Shown here: piece after piece, positions 9,907-20,035 of the stretch
Position numbering within the stretch: the first letter of the stretch is position 1
Layout of the letters: each line of letters begins with the position of its first letter
Assembly (NCBI GenBank): GCA_963745025.1
Contig: CAVUWD010000002.1
Location: 128,001 to 192,000 of the forward strand
Reading direction: 5' to 3'
Source of the DNA: an uncultured delta proteobacterium
GTDB lineage: Bacteria; Desulfobacterota; Binatia; JACPRU01
Length of the DNA stretch: 64,000 nucleotides
Position numbers and translations under genes: made by a program
The notes under the pieces: model-generated
The model's database searches: none
What the model saw: the letters and a program-made list of their open reading frames with translations, nothing else
What the model was told of the DNA's origin: nothing

Positions 9907-11319
9907 ATGAGCACCGTTTCGCTGAACGAGAAGATTCCCAACAACGTCGCCCTCTCCTCGGACAAGCGGTTGCAGCGCGCGCTCGAGCAGTGGCAGCCGC
10001 GCTTCCTCGATTGGTGGCGCGAGATGGGCCCCGACGGCTTCCAGGAAGATGACGTCTATCTCCGCACCGCGATCTCGGTCGACTCGGCCGGCTGGGCGAA
10101 CTTCGACCACGTGAAGATGCCGGACTACCGCTGGGGCATCTTCCTCGCGGACCCGGAACCGGACCGCAGGATCGGCTTCGGCGACCACATCGGCGAGCCG
10201 GCGTGGCAAGAAATTCCCGGCGAGCACCGGAACTCGCTCCGCCGCCTGATCGTCACGCAAGGCGACACCGAGCCGGCGTCGGTCGAGCAGCAGCGCGAGC
10301 TCGGTAAGATCTGCCCCTCGCTCTACGACCTGCGAAACCTCTTCCAGGTGAACGTGGAAGAAGGCCGTCACCTCTGGGCGATGGTGTATTTGCTGCACTC
10401 CTACTTCGGGCGCGACGGCCGCGAGGAGGCGGACGCGCTCCTCCAGCGGCGTTCCGGCAACCCCGACAAGCCGCGCATCCTCCAGGCGTTCAACGAGCCG
10501 ATCGAAGACTGGCTGTCGTTCATGATGTTCACGACGTTCACCGACCGCGACGGCAAGTTCCAGCTGCTGTCGCTCGCGGAATCGGGCTTCGATCCGCTGT
10601 CGCGCACCTGCCGCTTCATGCTGACCGAGGAAGCGCATCACATGTTCGTCGGACAGACCGGCATCGCGCGCATCGCGCAGCGCACCGCCGAGCTCGTCCG
10701 CCAGGGGAAGGATCCCGAGAAGGAAGGCGCCATCCCCTTCGACTTGCTGCAGCGCTACCTGAACTTCTGGTACACGGTCTCGCTCGATCTGTTCGGCTCG
10801 GAGATCTCGACGAACGGCGCCAACTACTTCGGCGCCGGCCTGAAGGGCCGCCCGAAGGAAGACCGCTTCGCGGATCACGTGCTGCTCGAAGGCACGGCGC
10901 GCGTGGAGCTGCTCGAGGACGGCCGGATCGTGGAGCGCGAGGTCGCGCCGCGAATGGCGGTGAACCTGGAGGTACGAAACGCCTACGTCGAGGACTGTGA
11001 ATTGACGGTCGAGAAGTGGAACCGGGTAGTCCAGGACGTCGGCATGAAGTTCACCCTCCCGTCGCAGCGCTTTCACCGAGGTGTGGGCACGTTCGCCGGC
11101 GCGTTTTTCGATCCGCAGGGCCGTCGCCTGAGCGAGACCGAGTTCCGCCATCGCGAGGGCGAGTTCCTTCCTTCGGACGCCGACAACGCCTATGTGCGGA
11201 GCCTGATGACGAATCCCGTGACCGAGCCCGGCAAGTTCGCCAACTGGATCGCGCCGCCGGCGCGAGGCATCGACGGCCGGCCGATCGACTTCGAGTACGT
11301 CCGCTTCAACGAAGCCTGA
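9907..11319 (+). CDS. boxB: Benzoyl-CoA 2,3-epoxidase subunit BoxB
   Basis: IPNNV, di-iron motifs VEEGRH and TEEAHH, QGDTEPASVEQQ, FTDRDGKFQL. Confidence 0.95.
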   Translation: MSTVSLNEKIPNNVALSSDKRLQRALEQWQPRFLDWWREMGPDGFQEDDVYLRTAISVDSAGWANFDHVKMPDYRWGIFLADPEPDRRIGFGDHIGEPAWQEIPGEHRNSLRRLIVTQGDTEPASVEQQRELGKICPSLYDLRNLFQVNVEEGRHLWAMVYLLHSYFGRDGREEADALLQRRSGNPDKPRILQAFNEPIEDWLSFMMFTTFTDRDGKFQLLSLAESGFDPLSRTCRFMLTEEAHHMFVGQTGIARIAQRTAELVRQGKDPEKEGAIPFDLLQRYLNFWYTVSLDLFGSEISTNGANYFGAGLKGRPKEDRFADHVLLEGTARVELLEDGRIVEREVAPRMAVNLEVRNAYVEDCELTVEKWNRVVQDVGMKFTLPSQRFHRGVGTFAGAFFDPQGRRLSETEFRHREGEFLPSDADNAYVRSLMTNPVTEPGKFANWIAPPARGIDGRPIDFEYVRFNEA

Positions 11320-11334
11320 GATGGGAGGCGCGCG

Positions 11335-12525
11335 ATGAAGTACTCGAAGGCATGCATTCCGCTCGGCGGCGCATGGTCGTCGCCGTTCGTACGCTGGCAA
11401 GGAGCGCTCGCCGAGATATCGAGCCTCGACCTCGCGGTGTCCGTTACCGCACGCGCGCTTCGCGACCGGGAAGTTCCGATCACGGAGGTGTCGGAGCTCG
11501 TGCTCGGCTGGACGGTCCCGCAGCCGGGAATCTTTTACGGAGCGCCGACGGTGGCCGCTAGGCTCGGCGGCACGTCGATCAGCGGCCCGATGATCTCGCA
11601 AGCGTGTGCGACCGCGGCGGTGGCCATCGCTCATGCCGCGACGGCCACCGAAGCCGGTGACGAGGGCGTGCGGCTCGTCGTGCTCACCGACCGCACGAGC
11701 AACGGGCCGCACCTCACGTACCCCGCGCCGTCCGCGCCCGGCGGCACGCCGATCTCCGAGAATTGGGTGCTCGACGGGTTCCGGCGCGATCCGTGGGCCG
11801 GCAAGGCGATGGTCGACACCGCCGAAGCGGTCGCGGCCGAGGAAGGGATCTCGCGCGAGGAGATCGATGACGCGACCGCGCTGCGCTACGAGCAGTATGC
11901 CCGTGCACTCGCCGACGACCGGGCGTTCCAGCGCCGCTACATGGTGCCGATCGAGATCCCCGGGAAGCGCGGCGAGACGAAGCGGATCGACGCCGACGTC
12001 GGCGTCCACCCGACGAACCGTGCGGCGCTCGCCGAGCTGAAGCCGGTCGCCGCGGGCGGCGTCGTCACCTACGGCAGCCAGACCCACCCCGCCGACGGCG
12101 CGGCCGGCGTGCTCGTCACGACCGAGGGGCGGGCACGGGCGCTCGGTGCCGAAGGGATCGCCCGCATCCTCGGATTCGGTACGTCACGGGTCGAGAAGAG
12201 TCGCATGCCGAAGGCTCCGCTGCCCGCGGCGCGCGCCGCCCTCGAAGCCGCCGGCCTCGGCTTCGATGCGGTCGACGCCGTGACCACACACAACCCGTTC
12301 GCCGTCAACGACGTCTACTTCACGCGCCACTCGGGGGTTCCGCTGGCGAAGATGAACGCCTACGGGTCGAGCCTGGTCTACGGTCACCCGCAAGCGCCGA
12401 CCGGAGCCCGAGCGCTCGTCGAGCTCGTCGAGACGCTCCGCGAGCGCGGTGGCGGCATCGGCCTCTTCACCGGTTGCGCCGCGGGAGACACCGCCGCGGC
12501 GATCGTTCTGCGTGTCGACGGCTGA
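11335..12525 (+). CDS. Thiolase family protein (HNPF-type)
   Basis: QACAT Cys, DGAA, HNPF, GHPQAPTG, GCAAG. Confidence 0.85.
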   Translation: MKYSKACIPLGGAWSSPFVRWQGALAEISSLDLAVSVTARALRDREVPITEVSELVLGWTVPQPGIFYGAPTVAARLGGTSISGPMISQACATAAVAIAHAATATEAGDEGVRLVVLTDRTSNGPHLTYPAPSAPGGTPISENWVLDGFRRDPWAGKAMVDTAEAVAAEEGISREEIDDATALRYEQYARALADDRAFQRRYMVPIEIPGKRGETKRIDADVGVHPTNRAALAELKPVAAGGVVTYGSQTHPADGAAGVLVTTEGRARALGAEGIARILGFGTSRVEKSRMPKAPLPAARAALEAAGLGFDAVDAVTTHNPFAVNDVYFTRHSGVPLAKMNAYGSSLVYGHPQAPTGARALVELVETLRERGGGIGLFTGCAAGDTAAAIVLRVDG

Positions 12526-12528
12526 GCC

Positions 12529-13405
12529 ATGGCGACGAGCGAGGTCGTCGGCGCCGGTACGATGGGAGCCGGCATCGCGCAGGTCGCGAGCACCGCAGGG
12601 TGCGGCGTCGTGCTGTTCGACGTTCGGCGCGATCGCGGCCGTCACCACGGCGCCCGAGCGTGTCGCGGGGATGCACTTCTTCAACCCGGCGGCGATCCTG
12701 CCGCTCGTCGAGGTCGTGCGAGCGGAGCAGACCGCCGCAGCCACCATCGAGCGCCTGGTCGAGATCTCGCGCGCCTGGGGCAAGACGCCCGTGCGCGTGC
12801 GTGACACGCCGGGATTCATCGTCAACCGAGTCGCCCACCCCTACTACCTCGAGGCGTTTCGCATGCTCGAGGAAGGCGTGGCGCCGATCGAAGCGATCGA
12901 TGGAGCACTCGAGGGCGCCGGTTTCCGCATGGGGCCGGCGCGACTCGTCGACCTGATCGGCATGGACGTCAACTGGGACGTCTCGTGCTCGGTCTACGAA
13001 GGCTTCGACCGATCCCCGCGCTTCGAGCCGAATCCGATCCAGAAGCGCATGCGCGACGAGGGGCGGCTCGGGCGCAAGAGCGGCCGTGGCTTCTACGTCT
13101 ACGGGGAAGCGCCGGGACGGCCCGAGCCAAGCCCGGCGATCGATCCCGCCCTCGCCGAAACGATCGTGCTGCGCACGGTCGGCTGCATCGTCAACGAAGC
13201 CGCCTGCGCGCTCGGCGACGGCGTCGCCTCGGCCGACGACATCGACGTCGCCATGAAGCTCGGCACCAACTACCCGAAGGGACCACTGGCCTGGGGCCGC
13301 GAGCTCGGCTCGGATCGTATCGTCGCGGTGCTTCGCCGCCTCGGCGAGCGTCGGCCCGAGCGCTATCCGATCGCTCCGCGCCTGCTCGAAGGAAACCTGC
13401 AATGA
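12529..13405 (+). pseudogene. 3-hydroxyacyl-CoA dehydrogenase (PaaH-like) with internal deletion and frameshift
   Basis: N-terminal VVGAGTMGAGIAQ..LFDV jumps at about 12624 into another frame GAIAAVTTAPERVAGMHFFNP; [24 protein letters not shown] follow. Confidence 0.85.
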
Positions 13406-14694
13406 CCGAAGCCGTGCTCGTCGACGCCATTCGCACCCCGATCGGACGCCATGGCGGCGCTCTCTCTCGAGTCCGCCCCGACGACTTGGCAGCGATCCCG
13501 ATCCGCGCGCTTGTCCAGCGCACCGGCATTGATCCGCGGACGATCGAAGAGGTCGTACTCGGCTGCGCGAACCAGGCCGGCGAAGACAACCGTAACGTCG
13601 CGCGCATGGCGGCTCTACTCGCGGGTTTGCCGCCCAGCGTCGCCGCGGTGACGATGAATCGCCTGTGCGCCTCGGGGCTCGCGGCGTTGAACGCCGCGGC
13701 ACGGGCGATCAAGGCAGGCGAAGGCGACGTCTACGTCGCGGGTGGCGTCGAGAGCATGAGCCGCGCCCCGTATTCGGTGCCGAAGCGCGAGCAGGCCTTC
13801 CCGACCGGCAATGTAACCGCTTGGGACACGACGCTCGGCTGGCGGTATCCGAACCCGGCGCTCGAAGCGCTGTTTCCGCTCGAGGCCATGGGCGAGACCG
13901 CCGAGAATCTCGTCGAGCAAGCGAGCGGGACGTTCTCGCCGGCGGAGGGCTCACCGGCGATCCCCGGCGGGCCGATCACCCGCGAGGAGCAGGACGCGTT
14001 CGCGCTCGAGAGCCAGCGGCGCGCAGTGGCGGCCATGGATTCCGGCCGCTTCCGGGACGAGATCGTCCCGGTTCGCGTCCCCGGCCGCGGCGGGGCGACG
14101 CTCGTCGAGCGCGACGAGCATCCGCGCTGCCGCGTGGAGGGCGATCACGTGCTGCTCGACACCGACGCCGCGCTGCTCGCGTCGCTGCGGCCGGCGTTTC
14201 GCAAGAACGGCAGCGTGACCGCGGGCAACGCCAGCGGCTTGAACGACGGCGCGGCGGCGGTCCTGCTGACCTCGGCGGAGCGGGCGCGAGCGCTCGGTCT
14301 CGCGCCGATGCTCCGCATCGTCAGCTCGGCAGCCGTCGGCGTCGACCCGCGCGTCATGGGCACCGGCCCGGTGCCGGCCGTCGAGCGAGCGCTCGCACGT
14401 GCCAGGATCCGCATGGCCGACGTCGGCCTCGTTGAGCTGAACGAGGCGTTCGCAGCGCAGGCAATCGCCGTCATGCGCGCGACCGGCATGCGGCCCGAGA
14501 TCACAAACGTGAACGGCGGCGCGATCGCCCTCGGCCACCCGCTCGGTTGCTCGGGAGCACGCATCTTGACGACGCTCGCGCACGAGATGAAGCGTCGAAA
14601 CGCCGCCGGGGTGCGCATCCGCTACGGCTTGGTCACGCTCTGCGTCGGCGTCGGGCAGGGCGAGGCGACGGTCGTCGAGTGGATCGGACGATGA
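13402..14694 (+). CDS. 3-oxoadipyl-CoA thiolase (PaaJ/PcaF-like)
   Basis: [51 protein letters not shown]. Confidence 0.9.
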   Translation: MTEAVLVDAIRTPIGRHGGALSRVRPDDLAAIPIRALVQRTGIDPRTIEEVVLGCANQAGEDNRNVARMAALLAGLPPSVAAVTMNRLCASGLAALNAAARAIKAGEGDVYVAGGVESMSRAPYSVPKREQAFPTGNVTAWDTTLGWRYPNPALEALFPLEAMGETAENLVEQASGTFSPAEGSPAIPGGPITREEQDAFALESQRRAVAAMDSGRFRDEIVPVRVPGRGGATLVERDEHPRCRVEGDHVLLDTDAALLASLRPAFRKNGSVTAGNASGLNDGAAAVLLTSAERARALGLAPMLRIVSSAAVGVDPRVMGTGPVPAVERALARARIRMADVGLVELNEAFAAQAIAVMRATGMRPEITNVNGGAIALGHPLGCSGARILTTLAHEMKRRNAAGVRIRYGLVTLCVGVGQGEATVVEWIGR

Positions 14695-14830
14695 GCGACG
14701 GCTCTCCGATCCTCGTTCGACCGCAGGGCGACGTCGTCCTGTCCTTGCATCGCCCTGAGCGCGGCAACGCGATCGACCGGGCCATGGTGGAGTCGCGGGA
14801 GTCCATGGCGGCGTTCCTCCATCGTGGCTG
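14691..14830 (+). pseudogene. Enoyl-CoA hydratase remnant (N- and C-termini fused)
   Basis: [29 protein letters not shown] joined directly to SRESMAAFL; ATGA overlap with the thiolase stop. Confidence 0.65.
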
Positions 14831-14884
14831 GAAGCTCGCTCGAGGGGCGCCCCGATCCCTGGGTGCCCGCTCCGGCGAAGGCGG

Positions 14885-15283
14885 TCAGCGGCCGAAGGCC
14901 GCAGTGACGAGCTCGGTGTCGAGGTACTCGGTGATCTGCTTCACCTTCCCGTCGCCCATGCGGAACACCAGGCAGTAGGTGTTGTCGTACGGCTTGCCCG
15001 CCTTGGTCGTCGACCGCCCGCGCGCCTGCATCACCACGTAGTCCCCCTCTGCAACGAGGTTCTCGGGCGCGACGGCGATGCCGCTCTGCAGCTCGGCGTT
15101 GAGGCGTCCGAAGAGCCGCTCCACGACGTCTTTCTTCCCGTTGTACGTCCCAGAGTACTTGGTGGTGCCGATGATCGTGAAGCGGACCTCGTCGGCGAGG
15201 CCCGCGAGGTAGCCTTCCGCGTTGCCGCGTGAAAGCTCCGCGAACATCTTCTCGATGACCTTCTTGTTCTCGGCTGCGCTCAT
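14885..15283 (-). CDS. NTF2/SnoaL-like protein
   Basis: ENKKVI, AEGDYVV, GKPYDNTYC, EYLDT. Confidence 0.85.
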   Translation of the reverse strand: MSAAENKKVIEKMFAELSRGNAEGYLAGLADEVRFTIIGTTKYSGTYNGKKDVVERLFGRLNAELQSGIAVAPENLVAEGDYVVMQARGRSTTKAGKPYDNTYCLVFRMGDGKVKQITEYLDTELVTAAFGR

Positions 15284-15440
15284 GAGAATCTCCTTCCGGT
15301 CGCTCGGCGGGACCTTAGGCCCGGGCCGGCCGGCGATCAAGCCGGCGCCCGGCCGCGGCGGCCAAGTCAGGGGCGGGCGGAAAGCACAACATCTTCGCGA
15401 AACGAAAAGAAGCGACCGAGCAAGAATCTATCCCCATCCT

Positions 15441-15728
15441 TCAGTCTACCTCGGTCAACCGAAGGATCTCGGGGCGACCGGCCATGAACTCTCCCATGCT
15501 TCTCCCGATCGACTTGAAGTAGTCGGTCTGACGATGTGCTTCGACCGCCGCTTCGTCGACGTAGCGCTCGAGGAAGACGTAAGTGTCGGGCGTCTCCGCG
15601 CGGTGGAGGGCGTAGAGCTTGCATCCCGGCTCGCCGGCTCGCACCTTGGCGACGAGCTGCTTCGCGAGCGCCTCGAACTGCGGGCCCGTGCCCGGCTTCA
15701 CCTTGATCGTGGCGACGATTCCCAGCAT
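15441..15728 (-). CDS. Antibiotic biosynthesis monooxygenase (ABM) domain protein
   Basis: IKVKPG, EPGCKLY, FLERY.DEAA.EAH. Confidence 0.88.
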   Translation of the reverse strand: MLGIVATIKVKPGTGPQFEALAKQLVAKVRAGEPGCKLYALHRAETPDTYVFLERYVDEAAVEAHRQTDYFKSIGRSMGEFMAGRPEILRLTEVD

Positions 15729-15857
15729 GGTTTGGTCCTCCCTTCAGGCGTTTCGGACACGAGTCCCTTATCTTTCGCGGCACGCTCGCTTCGTCAATGC
15801 CTCGTTCGATGAAGCCCGGGCTGGGACGAGACGCGCGATCTCGATAGCGTGAGAGCG

Positions 15858-16565
15858 ATGTCGCTTGCGGAGTATCGAAAGAAGCGCCGCTTCCGCGTGA
15901 CGCCGGAGCCGAAGGGGAAGAGGACTTCGACTCGGCGGCGTAAGAAGCTCGTTTTCGTCGTCCAGAAGCATCGCGCGGCGGCCCTCCACTACGACTTTCG
16001 TCTCGAATGGAAGGGAGTGATGCTCTCCTGGGCGGTGCCGAAGGGGCCGTCGTACGACCCGGCGGTCAAGCGCCTCGCCATGCGGGTCGAGGACCACCCG
16101 CTCGAATACAATGAATTCGAGGGCATCATTCCCGCCGGCGAGTATGGGGGCGGCACGGTGATGATCTGGGACAAAGGGACGTGGACCCCGGAGACGCCGG
16201 ACGTCGACGGTGCGCTGCAAGAGGGGGAGCTCAAGCTCTCGCTCGACGGCAAGAAGCTCCGGGGTTCGTGGGTGCTCGTGCGGACGCGTCCGCGGCGAGG
16301 CGAGTCGCGAGCCCCCTGGCTTCTGATCAAGCACCGCGACGAGTGGGCGAGCAGCGAGGACATCGCCGAGCTCGCGCCCCGTTCGGTCGTCTCCGACCGA
16401 CTGTTGATCGAGATCGCGCGTGACGAGGGCGGCGACATGAGGAAGGCCGCGGACGGCGATCCGCCCGCCGTGCTCAGGAAGATTCTCGACGACCCGACGC
16501 TCCTCGCGCCGCCGAAGAAGGGGCGGAAGAAATCCGTCTGGCATTCGAACCGAGGGGTGTCCTGA
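15858..16565 (+). CDS. Stand-alone LigD 3'-phosphoesterase domain protein
   Basis: FVVQKH..LHYDFRLE, SWAVPKGPS, RLAMRVEDHPLEY, YGGGTVMIWDKG, WLLIK. Confidence 0.9.
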   Translation: MSLAEYRKKRRFRVTPEPKGKRTSTRRRKKLVFVVQKHRAAALHYDFRLEWKGVMLSWAVPKGPSYDPAVKRLAMRVEDHPLEYNEFEGIIPAGEYGGGTVMIWDKGTWTPETPDVDGALQEGELKLSLDGKKLRGSWVLVRTRPRRGESRAPWLLIKHRDEWASSEDIAELAPRSVVSDRLLIEIARDEGGDMRKAADGDPPAVLRKILDDPTLLAPPKKGRKKSVWHSNRGVS

Positions 16566-16667
16566 CGGACGCCGAGGTTCCGATGGACAGCCGATTTTAC
16601 GAGGTAGGCGGGGAAAATCGGGCGCCGGCTTCCCTCGGCGGGCCGCCGAGTATAGGCAGGAATCGCC

Positions 16668-17882
16668 ATGCTCTCCGCAGAACCGCTGGTGTACAATCCC
16701 TATCTCCCCGGCGTGCGCGCCGATCCGTATCCCCACTACGCCGATCTGCGCAGGGAAGCGCCGATCCACTGGAGCCCGGCCGGCTTCTGGGTGTTCGCAC
16801 GGTACCGAGACGGTGCGGAGATCCTCGGCGACCGTGGCTTCGCCACCACCGAGCCCCGGCAATGGGGAAACGCGGCGACGTTCGGATACGAAGGCGCTGC
16901 ATTCGAGCGGGTGGTCGACAGCCTCTCGCACATGATGCTGTTCAAGAATCCGCCCGACCACACGCGCCTTCGCGGCCTGGTGAGCAAGGCATTCACCCCC
17001 CGGGCGGTCGAGGGGCTGCGGGGCCGGGTCCACGAGATCGTCGGAGAGCTCGTCTCTGCGGTGCGCGAGGCGGGTCGCATGGACCTGATCGCGGACCTCG
17101 CGTATCCGTTGCCGGCGATGGTGATTGCCGAGATGCTCGGCGTGCCGGCGGAGGATCGCGGCCACTTTCGAGCGTGGTCGCGCGATCTGGCGCCGACGAT
17201 CGATCCGATGATCCTCCCCGATCAGCTCGACCGTGCCGCCGCCGCGATTGACCAGTTCGCCGACTACTTCACGCACCTGATCGCCGCGCGGCGCGCCGAG
17301 CCCCGCGGCGACTTGCTCTCGGCGATGATCGCCGCGGAGGAGCAGGGCGACAAGCTCTCGCAGGACGAGCTCGTCGCCAACGCGATGCTGCTGTTGAACG
17401 CCGGCCACGAGACCACGACGAATCTGATCGGCAACGGCACGCTCGCGTTGCTCCGTAACCCGGATGAGCTCGACCTCCTGCGCCGTGAACCCGCACGAAT
17501 TCCGGGCGCGACCGAGGAGCTGCTTCGCTACGACAGTCCCGTGCAGATGACCGGGCGGCGCACGCGAACCGAGCGGGTGATCGGCGGCACGAAGATCGAA
17601 GCCGGCCAGGACGTGGTGGTGCTGATCGGCTCGGCCAACCGCGACCCGGAGCGGTTCGCCGACGCCGAGCGCCTCGACGTCCGCCGCGGCGACGACGAGC
17701 ATCTTTCCTTCGGAGGCGGGTCGCACTATTGCCTCGGGGCGAGCCTCGCGCGGCTGGAGGGGCAGATCGCGATCGGCGCGATCGTCTCCGAGCTGCCGAA
17801 GCTTCGCCTCGCCACCGAGGAGCTCGAGTGGCGCGAAACGCTGACGCTGCGCGGGCTGAAGGCCCTGCCGGTGGAATTCTGA
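16668..17882 (+). CDS. Cytochrome P450
   Basis: PPDHTRLR, AGHETT, EELLRY, heme loop SFGGGSHYCLG. Confidence 0.95.
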   Translation: MLSAEPLVYNPYLPGVRADPYPHYADLRREAPIHWSPAGFWVFARYRDGAEILGDRGFATTEPRQWGNAATFGYEGAAFERVVDSLSHMMLFKNPPDHTRLRGLVSKAFTPRAVEGLRGRVHEIVGELVSAVREAGRMDLIADLAYPLPAMVIAEMLGVPAEDRGHFRAWSRDLAPTIDPMILPDQLDRAAAAIDQFADYFTHLIAARRAEPRGDLLSAMIAAEEQGDKLSQDELVANAMLLLNAGHETTTNLIGNGTLALLRNPDELDLLRREPARIPGATEELLRYDSPVQMTGRRTRTERVIGGTKIEAGQDVVVLIGSANRDPERFADAERLDVRRGDDEHLSFGGGSHYCLGASLARLEGQIAIGAIVSELPKLRLATEELEWRETLTLRGLKALPVEF

Positions 17883-17949
17883 TCATGACGCCATCACTCG
17901 GTCCGTCGCTCGCCCGCCCCGGTTCGCGCGCTGAACAGGGGGGAGAAGA

Positions 17950-18630
17950 ATGAGTGAGATCGTGAAACTGGTCATCTGGTTCAAGCGGAAGGCGGGACTC
18001 TCCGTCGAAGCGTTCCAGACCGAGTGGCGGGGCGCTCATGCCGAGAAGGTGCTACGCGTGCCGGGGCTTCGCGGATACGTGCAGAGCCACGTGCTCCTCT
18101 CCGGTTATCGCAAGGGCGAGCCCTTCTGCGACGGCCTCGCGGAGATGTGGTTCGCCGATGCCGGGGCGGTCGACGCCGCGCGCGCGAGCCGCGCGTTCGC
18201 CGAGGCGCGCGCCGACGCCGACCGCTTTCACGAGAGCTCAGCGGCGGGCGCGATGCTCACGATCGAGCGCCTGATCAAGGACGGACCGAGGCCGCCGTAC
18301 GGCGTCAAGAACGTCGAGTTCGTCGTCCGGCGGCGGGATCTCGAGGTCGGGGAATTCCACCGCTATTGGCGCGAGCAGCACGGGCCGCTGGCCGCGAGGA
18401 TCGCCCCGATTCGCCGCTACGTGCAAAGCCACGCCGTCGAAGATCCGCGCACGCGCGCCTACGACGGCATCGCCTCGACGTGGTTCGACGACACCGATGC
18501 GATGCGGGCTTCCGCCGCGACCGAGGAGTACCGCCTGACGCGTGAGGACGAGGCGAACTTCGTTGCCGGCCATCTTCCGTTCGTCATCACCCGCGAACAC
18601 GTCTTGATGGAGCCGCCGCGACCCGCCTGA
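17950..18630 (+). CDS. EthD family protein (two EthD domains)
   Basis: Two repeats of RKxGLS.E.F..W...H...YVQSH...DG.A..WF. Confidence 0.85.
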   Translation: MSEIVKLVIWFKRKAGLSVEAFQTEWRGAHAEKVLRVPGLRGYVQSHVLLSGYRKGEPFCDGLAEMWFADAGAVDAARASRAFAEARADADRFHESSAAGAMLTIERLIKDGPRPPYGVKNVEFVVRRRDLEVGEFHRYWREQHGPLAARIAPIRRYVQSHAVEDPRTRAYDGIASTWFDDTDAMRASAATEEYRLTREDEANFVAGHLPFVITREHVLMEPPRPA

Positions 18631-18988
18631 TGGGCCGGACGTCTTCGTGGCTCGCGAGCGAGAGCTCGAGAAGCTCGTCGCGCTGCTCGCGCGCGCGCCG
18701 GCGAGCTGCTATCCGAGCTGCCTGCGCTGTGATCGTCACCCTATGAGGTTTCCAGAAACAGGAATCCCGCCTCAACCAGCAAGTCAAAAGCCCCGTCGGG
18801 GATGTCGAACTTACTGCGCGTTCGGGGAGCGAGCATTGCAACCACCGGCCTCTGACCTTTGCCGCTACCCAGCGAAAACACGACTGAGACGACCCCATCG
18901 GCCCGGCTCGCGGCGCCTGAGGGGGTAGTCAAGGCATGAAAACGCATACAAGCCTTCGCCGATCCGACTCGATCGCAACGCTCCCGAC

Positions 18989-19402
18989 TCACGGGTCCGT
19001 GCCACCCTCTTCGGCTCTCTCCGCCCGGGGCTTTTCGCTGAAGCTGAGCTCGACGAGGGTCCATTCCGGTTCGCCATCTGCGAAGGTGACGTCGCACGTC
19101 AAGTAATTTCTGAGCATGGCGCCAGATCCATTGGGCGAGTCGACGTGCGCGGTTACCTCGAATCTCGGCGGATTTTGCCCGATGAGCCAGGCCCTCGATT
19201 CGCCGTCCTCAGGGTCGTCGAGAGACGAGAACTTCGAGGTCGCCGACACCTTCAGGCGTTGTGACGCGAATCGCACGCACGCCTTGAAGGCACCGTTCGG
19301 CGTGGGACCGGCGCCGTTCGTGTCGAGTTGGCCGAAGATGGCCAGGATGACGACAACGAGCAAGACAAGGGCCCCCCAGGCAAGGATTCGTGAGGTACGC
19401 AT
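18989..19402 (-). CDS. Hypothetical membrane-anchored protein
   Basis: N-terminal TM helix; C...LK..AT.KF and VDSPNGSGAMLR pattern. Confidence 0.55.
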   Translation of the reverse strand: MRTSRILAWGALVLLVVVILAIFGQLDTNGAGPTPNGAFKACVRFASQRLKVSATSKFSSLDDPEDGESRAWLIGQNPPRFEVTAHVDSPNGSGAMLRNYLTCDVTFADGEPEWTLVELSFSEKPRAERAEEGGTDP

Positions 19403-20035
19403 GACCCTGTTCGCTCTCGGCTAGATGCGCCAAGCTCAGCAACCAGTGCGGCGCGTCTTTCCCTGGCAAGACCCTCAAGGGACTCGCTGAGACGCCTCCC
19501 TGACCCCGCGCGAGCACTCTATCGAGGTGAGAAATCCTGCCGCACAGGCGGCAACGGAATTGACGGACTTTGCGGCTACCATCGCCACCGCGGAACCTGC
19601 CACCAGAACCGTCACGAGAGATGCCGGTAGTACTGGAAGGCGTGCCTGGCGAATCGAAGGCGCCAGAATTTCCCGAGAAAGGGTCTCATGAGCCAGGTAG
19701 GCGCGCGATCGAGTGGAAGTGCAAGGCTCATCGGATTTGCACGCGGTGCTTCGGTCGGCCGATTGCCCTCGCGGCATGCGGAGCGGACCCAGAAAAGATC
19801 GGTGAGTGCCCGGATGTGCTCCGCGTCGGAACCGACAACCTGGCCTTGAAGCGAAAATGCTTGGACCCGTGGAGCGTGCCGAGCCCGCACCGATGGCGTC
19901 GTGGAGATCGAGCCGCCCGTGTTCTCGCCCTGCGACGAAGGAACTGAGGTACGCCGAGGGGTTGCGTCGACCAAAAGCGCGCTGAGATTGGCTACTCTCT
20001 CGCGGGGCGCGTTTGCAGCCTTTTTCTCCGCCGCT

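Noticed and set aside
9493-12087. Long antisense ORFs (864 aa here; also 15768-17726, 19901-21457, 1530-2987)
   Set aside because: Shadow frames of well-supported genes in high-GC DNA with no recognisable motifs
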